Assembly (NCBI GenBank): GCA_038279365.1
Contig: JAYODI010000043.1
Location: forward strand, 1-45,979
Reading direction: 5' to 3'
DNA: 45,979 nt
Origin: Candidatus Latescibacterota bacterium
Lineage (GTDB): Bacteria > Latescibacterota > UBA2968
A program made the translations under genes and the position numbers. Under the pieces are notes generated by a model. That model was not told the origin of the DNA and made no database searches. It saw nothing but the letters and a program-made list of their open reading frames with translations. This document shows positions 38,647 to 45,979 of this stretch, in pieces. How positions within the stretch are numbered: the stretch's first letter is position 1; each line of letters opens with the position of its first letter.

Positions 38647-40128
38647 ATGAATATTTTATTGATTACAAGTGATCAGCAACGCCCCGATGCGATCGGGTGT
38701 TTGAATGCTTCGGTTCAAACACCTCATTTGGATCGGTTGGCGAAAGAAGGGATTTTGTTTGAGCGGGCTTATACGGTGAATCCTGTGTGTACGCCTTCGC
38801 GGTGTAGCATATTGACGGGGCAGTATCCTTCTCGACATGGGTGTTTTCATGTCGGAACCAATTTGCCCACTGACTATGGTCCAACAGTGGCCCATCAATT
38901 GTCCGACGCAGGATATGCCACGGCCCTGTTGGGTAAGGCGCATTTTCAAGCATGTAAAGATCCTACAAGTTTTGAGGCAGCACCGCATATACACGATTTG
39001 AATTTTTTTAGAAATTGGACAGGGCCTTATTTTGGATTTGAACATACAGAACTGGTTATTGGACACACATCAGAACCTCATGCGGGTGGGATGAATTATG
39101 GGGCGTGGCTGGTTGATCAAGGGGTAGATTTAAAACAACATTTTGATATTCATGACTATGACCATTATGGGCCATGGTCTTTATCTGCAGAATTTCATGG
39201 ATCTAAATGGGTTGCTGATCGGTCTATGGCGGCAATTGATCGGGCAACAGATAACAATCACCCATTTTTTGTATGGGCAAGTTTTCAAGATCCTCACAAT
39301 CCTTATGTGACCCCAGAACCTTGGGCTTCTATGTATTGCGGTGCTGACATGCCAGCACCTGTTATGAAGAGCAGGGCAACAAATGGCAAACCCCCTTTTT
39401 ATACGGAATTGATAAATGGCAATTTTTATGGGGATGATCCAGATTTGCAAGATCGTGGGTGGGGTGATTGTAAGATTCGTCCCGAATTGACTGAGGAGAA
39501 TGTGAAACAGGTAAGGGCGGTTTACAATGGCATGGTGAGCTTGATGGATCACCATATTGGACGGTTGTTGGGCCATTTGGAAAAACGTGGATTGATGGAT
39601 GAGACGCTGATCGTCTTTACCTCTGATCATGGAGATTATTTGGGCGATCATGGTTTATGGGGCAAAGGGTTGCCCACTTATGAGTGTATGCAACGCGTAC
39701 CTTTTGTTGTTCGCCATCCACAGTGTGAAACCCCTGGGGCGCGGAGTAAGGCTCTGCAAAGTTTGGTGGATTTGGAAGCCAGTTTTTTGAATGTGGCTGG
39801 TTTATCGGCTGGTTCTCAGAGTCAAGGCATATGCCAAACAGCTTCTTGGATAGATGCAAGTGATCACGCTCGTGATTGGGCGTTGGTCGAGTTTCGCCCC
39901 TCACATGGCAACTTTATGCAACGTACTTATGTTGAAGGGGAGCATAAATTGGTGCGATATGAGAACCGAGATTATGGTGAGTTGTATGATTTGCATGCAG
40001 ACCCCCATCAATTTGTCAACCTATTTGAAGAACCTAAGTGGGCACAGATAAGAGATGAGATGACAAAACGATTGGATGCTCATGGGGTTAAAGAAGAAAT
40101 TGTACGTGAACGGATGGCTGTTGCGTGA
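38647..40128 (+). CDS. Sulfatase (Cys-type, S1)
   Basis: NILLITSDQ, CTPSR (CxPxR) with LTG, GKAH, DPH, SDHG, ELYDL. Confidence 0.93.
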   Translation: MNILLITSDQQRPDAIGCLNASVQTPHLDRLAKEGILFERAYTVNPVCTPSRCSILTGQYPSRHGCFHVGTNLPTDYGPTVAHQLSDAGYATALLGKAHFQACKDPTSFEAAPHIHDLNFFRNWTGPYFGFEHTELVIGHTSEPHAGGMNYGAWLVDQGVDLKQHFDIHDYDHYGPWSLSAEFHGSKWVADRSMAAIDRATDNNHPFFVWASFQDPHNPYVTPEPWASMYCGADMPAPVMKSRATNGKPPFYTELINGNFYGDDPDLQDRGWGDCKIRPELTEENVKQVRAVYNGMVSLMDHHIGRLLGHLEKRGLMDETLIVFTSDHGDYLGDHGLWGKGLPTYECMQRVPFVVRHPQCETPGARSKALQSLVDLEASFLNVAGLSAGSQSQGICQTASWIDASDHARDWALVEFRPSHGNFMQRTYVEGEHKLVRYENRDYGELYDLHADPHQFVNLFEEPKWAQIRDEMTKRLDAHGVKEEIVRERMAVA

Positions 40129-40208
40129 TGCTTGATTGACACGGATGATGTTTATATATTGGGCGAAATGATGTGTTCGGTTTACTTACGTAATTTATGA
40201 GGTGCCAG

Positions 40209-40946
40209 ATGGCTTATTTTACGGATGCAGAAAAAGATCATTTTAAAGAGCAAGGTTATGTGGTGAAGCACGATGTGGTGTCTATGGATTTGATTGATAA
40301 GGCACTGGATGCGATTTGGGATGAGATTGAAGCCGATCGAAATGATCCAAAAACATGGATTAATGCAGGGCCGAAGGGCAATTTGAAATGTGGCAACCAC
40401 CCTGATGTGCGCGCGACATTAACGGATGCGCCAATTCAAGAGATGTGTGAAGAATTGGTGGGCAAAGATACACTTCGTGTCTCGAATCATACATTTACAA
40501 AAATGATTTATCCCGAAGGGCATGACAATTGGACAACAGCCAGAGGCATGCATTTGGATGGCATTACGTGTGAGGGTGTGTACGATGCCTTTACCATTGC
40601 CGTGACGGTGAATATCAATCATATCAAGCCACGTTCGGGTGGGTTTACGGTTTGGCCAGGGTCTCATAAGCGGGCGCATGAATATTTTAGAACACATTGT
40701 ATTTTGAAAGGCGTGGATGCCTTTCGTGGACCCGATGGCGAATATGAAAACTTGCCAGAACCTGTGGATGTAACGGGGCCACCGGGAACGGTAACGTTTT
40801 GGCACAATTTGATGTTGCACAGCCCTGGGGTGAATTGTGGTCGAGATATTCGCATGGCATTGGTGAGCCGGTTTTCGCGGAAAGATTTGAACGAGATTCG
40901 ATTTGAATACCCCGAAGATATGTGGACCTATTGGGAAGGATTGTAG
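40209..40946 (+). CDS. Phytanoyl-CoA dioxygenase family protein
   Basis: FKEQGY, HLD, GGFTVWPGSH, PGTVTFWH, MLHS, IR; RBS GAGGTG. Confidence 0.85.
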   Translation: MAYFTDAEKDHFKEQGYVVKHDVVSMDLIDKALDAIWDEIEADRNDPKTWINAGPKGNLKCGNHPDVRATLTDAPIQEMCEELVGKDTLRVSNHTFTKMIYPEGHDNWTTARGMHLDGITCEGVYDAFTIAVTVNINHIKPRSGGFTVWPGSHKRAHEYFRTHCILKGVDAFRGPDGEYENLPEPVDVTGPPGTVTFWHNLMLHSPGVNCGRDIRMALVSRFSRKDLNEIRFEYPEDMWTYWEGL

Positions 40947-40989
40947 GCGTTTTTGTATTTGATTAAAAATATTGGGAAAGGGGATGGTG

Positions 40990-41871
40990 ATGAGTACCTC
41001 ACAATCTGGTATTTTGGCAGAGGTGCCTCGGTTGGCGCGTTATTTGTTTTTTTCTTGGGTACCACAAGCAGATCCTAAAGAGGCTTTGAAAAAGTTGGCT
41101 GATTTGGTGGATGGCGATTCTGTGGTGGTGGGCATTGGTCAGTCGGTGGTGATGGCTTTGGGCAAAAAGGTGGATGGCTTGCGTATTTTTACTCCGCAAG
41201 TGGGGGGTGGTGTGGATGTGCCCTCTACGCCCTTTGCTTTGTGGTGTTGGATTCGGGGAACGGATCGGGGTGAGTTGTTGCACCAATCGCGTATGATTCG
41301 GTCGGCTGTTGCATCGGCCTTTCGGGTGGCGCAGGTGATTGATGGGTTTCAATTTCGCGACAGCCGAGATCTGGGTGGATATGAAGATGGTACAGAGAAC
41401 CCCAAAGGGGACGACGCTGTGGCTGCGGCCCTTGTGAGTGGCGTGGGTGACGGGGTGGATGGGTCGAGTTTTGTGGCCGTGCAACAATGGGTACATGATT
41501 TGGATCGGTTTGAAAGCATGTCTCAAAGTCAGCGAGATCATACTTTTGGGCGGCGGTTGGCAGACAATGAAGAAATTGAAGATGCGCCCGATTCGGCGCA
41601 TGTCAAACGCACGGCGCAAGAAGATTTTGAACCTGAGGCCTTTGTGGTGCGGCGTTCTATGCCTTGGGCGGGTGAAAACCGTGAAGGGTTGGTTTTTGTG
41701 GCATTTGGCAAATCATTTGATGCCTTTGAAGCCCTGCTTCATCGTATGATGGGGCAAGATGATGGCGTTTTGGATGCCCTGTTTACATTTACATATCCTG
41801 TTTCGGGCAGTTATTTTTGGTGTCCACCGATGAAAGATGGGCAACTGGATTTGCGTGCGGTGGGTTTGTAA
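40990..41871 (+). CDS. Dye-decolorizing peroxidase (DyP, class B/P-like)
   Basis: GYEDGTENP (GxxDG), QQWVHDL, SAHVKR (proximal His), RRSMPW, YFWCPP. Confidence 0.93.
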   Translation: MSTSQSGILAEVPRLARYLFFSWVPQADPKEALKKLADLVDGDSVVVGIGQSVVMALGKKVDGLRIFTPQVGGGVDVPSTPFALWCWIRGTDRGELLHQSRMIRSAVASAFRVAQVIDGFQFRDSRDLGGYEDGTENPKGDDAVAAALVSGVGDGVDGSSFVAVQQWVHDLDRFESMSQSQRDHTFGRRLADNEEIEDAPDSAHVKRTAQEDFEPEAFVVRRSMPWAGENREGLVFVAFGKSFDAFEALLHRMMGQDDGVLDALFTFTYPVSGSYFWCPPMKDGQLDLRAVGL

Positions 41872-41892
41872 ACTTTTCCAGAAGAGGCATAT

Positions 41893-41931
41893 AGGAGCTG
41901 AGATAAGAAATTGTCTCGGCTCTTATTTTTT
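41893..41931 (+). terminator. Intrinsic terminator
   Basis: GAGCTGAGATA...TGTCTCGGCTC followed by a T-run. Confidence 0.65.
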
Positions 41932-42056
41932 GTGAGGTGTGGATATTGGGCTTGGGAAATTGGCATGTCGCGGTGTCATATTTTGCCCAATTGCTGGAAA
42001 TAGTGTATTTTTAACTGCTGTGAAAATTTTTATCATGTGATGATTTGGATAGGTCT

Positions 42057-45000
42057 ATGGCTGTTGATCAAAAAGACAATGAACAAAAACGTCGCCCACG
42101 CCCCAATCGGCCCAGTTTGATGTCGGTGGTGTGGTCGCTTGTGCCCAAGTGTATGCTGGCAGATCGTGTGGCCATTTCGCAGCAGTTGAAGAAGTTGCAA
42201 CGAAAACGTCAGCGCGACCCAGCACAGTTGAAAAAGCTGAAAGCACGTGCAGAGCGATCTGTGGCACTGTTAAAAGCTCGGCGAGAAAAGCCCTTGAAGG
42301 TGACCTATCCTGAAGATTTGCCCATTAGTGCGCGCAAAGATGAAATTGTTCAGGCGATTAAGAACCATCCTGTGGTGATTGTGGCGGGTGAAACGGGATC
42401 TGGTAAAACGACACAATTGCCTAAGATGTGTTTGGATGCGGGGCGGGGTGTGGATGCCAAGATCGCGTGTACACAACCGCGTCGGGTGGCTGCGCTTTCG
42501 GTGTCGCGGCGCATTGCTGAAGAGTTGGGTGTCAATTGGGGTGATGAGGTGGGCTGTAAGATTCGGTTTAAAGATGATACCAAACCTGATACACGCATTA
42601 AGATGATGACCGATGGGATGTTGTTGGCCGAAATACAGGGTGACCCAGACTTATATGAATATGACACGATTATTATTGATGAAGCGCATGAGCGCAGTTT
42701 GAACATTGATTTTTTGTTGGGATATTTGCGTCAGTTGCGTGAACGTCGTCCTGAGTTAAAAATGATTATCACATCGGCCACAATTGACACCAAAACCTTT
42801 TCTGAAGCGTTTGACGATGCGCCCATTATTGAAGTGTCGGGGCGTGTGTATCCTGTAGATATCCAATATTGGTCGATGGACGATTTGTTGGGCGAAGACG
42901 ATGTGTCCACTTATATCGACGCGGCGGTAACCGCTGTGGATGCGGTGGTGGCCGAAGCCCCTCGACACGGGGGCGATATTTTGGTGTTTATGCCCACCGA
43001 AAAAGACATTCATGAAACACGTAGGCGGTTGGAGGGGCGGCAGTTTCGCGGGGTTGAAGTGGTGCCGATGTTTGGGCGATTGACGGCAGGTGATCAGCAG
43101 AAGGTGTTTCACATTCAAAATTATCGGCGCATTGTGGTGGCCACCAATATTGCGGAAACGTCGATTACGATTCCGGGCATTCGATATGTGATTGATACGG
43201 GTATGGCGCGCATTAGCCGTTACAACCCGCGCACCCAAACACATCGGTTGCCTGTAGAGCCTATTTCACAAAGCAGTGCCCAGCAACGAGCAGGGCGTTG
43301 TGGGCGTGTGGCCAATGGGGTGTGTATCAGGTTATATGATGAAAAGGATTTTTTGTCGCGTCCAGAATATACCCAACCCGAAATTCAGCGGTCTGATTTG
43401 GCCGATGTGATCTTGCGCATGATTTCGCTCAATTTGGGCGATGTGGAAACATTTCCATTTATTGATCCACCTCGCCCGCAAGCGATTGCGGGTGGGTTTA
43501 CATTGTTGGCCGAATTGGGTGCATTGGATGAAAACAAACGCTTGACGCAATTGGGGCGGTCTATGGCGCGGTTGCCCATTGCGCCTACAGTTGCCAGAAT
43601 GGTGTTGCAAGCACAAAAAGAGCAGGCATTAAAAGAGGTGTTGGTGATTGCGTCGGCCATTTCGATTCAAGACCCACGGGTGCGCCCATTGGGGCAAGAA
43701 AAGGCCGCTGATCAGGAGCACAAACGATTTGTAGATAAAACGTCAGACTTTTTGTCGTTGCTCAATATTTGGAATGCGTATCACGGAACTATGGAGCATT
43801 TGAAAACGCAGAGCCAAATGCGCAAGTTTTGTGCCCAGCATTTTTTGTCGTTTAATCGGATGCGTGAATGGCGTGATATTTATACGCAAATTCGTCATAC
43901 ATTGCGCGAGATTGGTGGTTTTCGATTTAATAAGGATGATGCCGATTACAATTCTATTCACCGTTCAATTGTGAGTGGGTTGTTGAGCAATGTGGCGCAA
44001 AAAAAAGAGGGCAATATTTATCGGGCGGCAAGAGGCCGTGAGGTGATGTTGTTTCCGGGGTCGGGTTTGTTTTTGCGGCGCAAAGAAGAAGAAAAGGAAA
44101 AGTTAGAACAGTCAAAAGGCAAAGAGGCCAGCACGCCCAGTTGGGTGATTGCAGGTGAGGTGGTTGAAACCTCTCGTTTGTTTGCGCGCACGGTGGCACA
44201 CGTACAACCGCAGTGGTTGGTAGAATTGGGCGCACATCTGTGTCAGGCTACGTATAAAGAACCGTTTTATAGTGCGCGGTCTGGGCGGGTGTTGGCTACG
44301 CAGACCTTGACGCTTCATGGGTTGCAGGTGCAGAAAAAGCGGGTGGGTTATGGCAAAGTTGATCCCAAAGCGGCGACAGAGGTTTTTATTCGTGAGGCTT
44401 TGGTCAATGATGAGGTGACGTTGCCTCATGAGTTTTTGACGCATAATCGCGAATTGCGTGAGCGTGTGGAAACGTGGCAAATGCGTCAGCGACATACGCA
44501 ATTTTTAGATTTGGATGAGGCGGTGTATCAATTTTATGCCGAGCGATTAGAAGGCGTGTCATCAACGCACGATTTAAACCGTGTGGTACGCGATAATGGT
44601 GCAGACTATTTGATGATGACTGAGGCCGATTTGTCGGGTGGTGATGCTGTGGATTTTGATCGGGGTTCTTTTCCCGAATATTTGGAGGTGGATGGCCAAC
44701 AAATTCCTTTGGTGTATGCCTATCGTCCAGGCCAAGATGAAGATGGCGTCACGCTCAAATTGCCTTATAAGATGATGCATTTTCTACAAGGTGATGTATT
44801 GGAATGGTTGGTACCTGGGTTGTTGGAAGAAAAGATCACCTATTTGTTGCGTGGTCTCCCAAAAGGTATTCGCAAACAGTTTGTGCCTGTGCCCGATAAA
44901 GCGCGGGAAATAGCGCGTAGTTTGCAACCGACACACGGTGATTTTTTGTCGTCATTGTCGGCCCATATTTTGAGCCGATATGGTATTGAGACGGCGGTGA

Positions 45001-45979
45001 GCGATTGGAAGACCGATGATTTGCCTGAACACTTGAGAATGCGTGTGGAGGTGCAAGGTGAAAAAGAAGAGACGATTGCATCGGCGCGTGATTTGGCCCT
45101 GTTGCGTGAGCGCTTGGAGCAACATGAAGAATCGGTAGAGTCGGATGCGTGGACCGATGCGGTGAAGTTGGTGTCTCGGCAAGATGTGGTGGGGCGCGAT
45201 TTGGGTGCGTTGCCTGAGCGTGTGGAAGTGTCACAAATGGGTGGCATGACGGTGTTTGGGTATGTGGGCTTAAAGCGCGAAGGGGATCGGGTGGATGTGT
45301 GTTTGTTTAAGCGCCCCGATGAAGCCGAAAATGAAACGCGATTGGGGTGGATTCGGTTGTGTGAACGTGAAATGCGTGAAGAAATGAAGGCTTTGAAACG
45401 GGCGTTGGGCGAGTTGAAACAAACCACGCAGGTGGCGTTGTTTGAAGGAGGCAGTGAGGCTTTGCGCGAAGCGGCGTATGAAAATTTGGTGGCATTTTTG
45501 TTTGATAAAGATGCCCCTTTACCTGTAACGACCGAACGATTTGAAGCCCGAGTGAAAGATGCACGCACGAAGCTTCAGTATATGGTACCACAGTTGTTGA
45601 GTTCGATTGGTTCTTTGTTTGAGACCTATCGTGAAATTTGCTTGATGCCCAAGGCATATCCCGAGTTGGAGGCCGATGTGTCGCGTTTGATGCCGCCCGA
45701 CTTTTTGCGGCGCACACCTTTTGATCAGCTGCCTCATTTAAGTCGTTTTTTAAAGGCGATTCAGTTGCGCGCCGAACGGGCCAAGGTGGATGCGCGAAAA
45801 GATTTGCAAAAGGCCGAGCAGGTGAAACCGTTTCAAGATGCAGTAGATAAAATGATGGATTTGGAGATGTCGTTTGCCAAGCGTGTGGCAGTTGAAGATT
45901 TGCGTTGGTTATTAGAAGAATTTCGCGTGTCTGTTTTTGCTCAAGAATTGGGTACGGCACAAAAAGTGTCGCCCAAGCG
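42057..45979 (+). CDS. hrpA: ATP-dependent RNA helicase HrpA (stop just off window)
   Basis: Manual translation gives YPEDLPI, GETGSGKTTQLPK, TQPRR, DEAHERS, SAT and QRAGRCGR. The same frame at the window end reads EEFRVSVFAQELGTAQKVSPK. Confidence 0.96.
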   Translation, partial: MAVDQKDNEQKRRPRPNRPSLMSVVWSLVPKCMLADRVAISQQLKKLQRKRQRDPAQLKKLKARAERSVALLKARREKPLKVTYPEDLPISARKDEIVQAIKNHPVVIVAGETGSGKTTQLPKMCLDAGRGVDAKIACTQPRRVAALSVSRRIAEELGVNWGDEVGCKIRFKDDTKPDTRIKMMTDGMLLAEIQGDPDLYEYDTIIIDEAHERSLNIDFLLGYLRQLRERRPELKMIITSATIDTKTFSEAFDDAPIIEVSGRVYPVDIQYWSMDDLLGEDDVSTYIDAAVTAVDAVVAEAPRHGGDILVFMPTEKDIHETRRRLEGRQFRGVEVVPMFGRLTAGDQQKVFHIQNYRRIVVATNIAETSITIPGIRYVIDTGMARISRYNPRTQTHRLPVEPISQSSAQQRAGRCGRVANGVCIRLYDEKDFLSRPEYTQPEIQRSDLADVILRMISLNLGDVETFPFIDPPRPQAIAGGFTLLAELGALDENKRLTQLGRSMARLPIAPTVARMVLQAQKEQALKEVLVIASAISIQDPRVRPLGQEKAADQEHKRFVDKTSDFLSLLNIWNAYHGTMEHLKTQSQMRKFCAQHFLSFNRMREWRDIYTQIRHTLREIGGFRFNKDDADYNSIHRSIVSGLLSNVAQKKEGNIYRAARGREVMLFPGSGLFLRRKEEEKEKLEQSKGKEASTPSWVIAGEVVETSRLFARTVAHVQPQWLVELGAHLCQATYKEPFYSARSGRVLATQTLTLHGLQVQKKRVGYGKVDPKAATEVFIREALVNDEVTLPHEFLTHNRELRERVETWQMRQRHTQFLDLDEAVYQFYAERLEGVSSTHDLNRVVRDNGADYLMMTEADLSGGDAVDFDRGSFPEYLEVDGQQIPLVYAYRPGQDEDGVTLKLPYKMMHFLQGDVLEWLVPGLLEEKITYLLRGLPKGIRKQFVPVPDKAREIARSLQPTHGDFLSSLSAHILSRYGIETAVSDWKTDDLPEHLRMRVEVQGEKEETIASARDLALLRERLEQHEESVESDAWTDAVKLVSRQDVVGRDLGALPERVEVSQMGGMTVFGYVGLKREGDRVDVCLFKRPDEAENETRLGWIRLCEREMREEMKALKRALGELKQTTQVALFEGGSEALREAAYENLVAFLFDKDAPLPVTTERFEARVKDARTKLQYMVPQLLSSIGSLFETYREICLMPKAYPELEADVSRLMPPDFLRRTPFDQLPHLSRFLKAIQLRAERAKVDARKDLQKAEQVKPFQDAVDKMMDLEMSFAKRVAVEDLRWLLEEFRVSVFAQELGTAQKVSPK

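Noticed and set aside
40990-41871. DyP as encapsulin cargo or as the missing coproheme decarboxylase
   Set aside because: No C-terminal targeting extension or adjacent encapsulin gene; it has standard DyP GxxDG and distal Arg motifs and lies 33 kb from the hem genes.
1-45979. tRNA, rRNA, transposase or integrase genes
   Set aside because: None recognised; no ORF with tyrosine-recombinase or DDE motifs.

Overview
Bacterial chromosomal window with about 33 genes. The + strand is visibly G/T-rich. The mix of PL8 and PL10 lyases, GH92, sulfatase, PhyH-like dioxygenases and a DUF6785-type membrane protein suggests a polysaccharide degrader such as Candidatus Latescibacterota (inference only). Housekeeping genes are rsmB, clpP, hemE-hemH-hemY, cysD-cysNC and hrpA, the last running off the right end. 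A TPR protein runs off the left end. The main discovery is at ~24.8-29.6 kb: an integron-like cassette array with no integrase in the window (CALIN-like), oriented on the minus strand. It has one attI-like core site, three intact ~135-bp attC-like palindromes and one degenerate one. Each of the first three cassettes starts with a G|TT core complementary to the inverse core at its own end. The cassettes carry an APH/EcKinase-type kinase, a HigBA-type TA pair with an operator and a probable leaderless promoter, an inverted VapBC-type TA pair and two orphan genes. The attC-like sites have an atypical, consistent geometry. Other points of interest are a bacterial Popeye-like cNMP-domain membrane protein, a ClpP with a 15-residue acidic N-terminal tract, an Rv2917-like SF2 helicase and an unassigned 750-aa protein that may be a glycosidase. 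All calls come from reading the sequence; no database searches were run.
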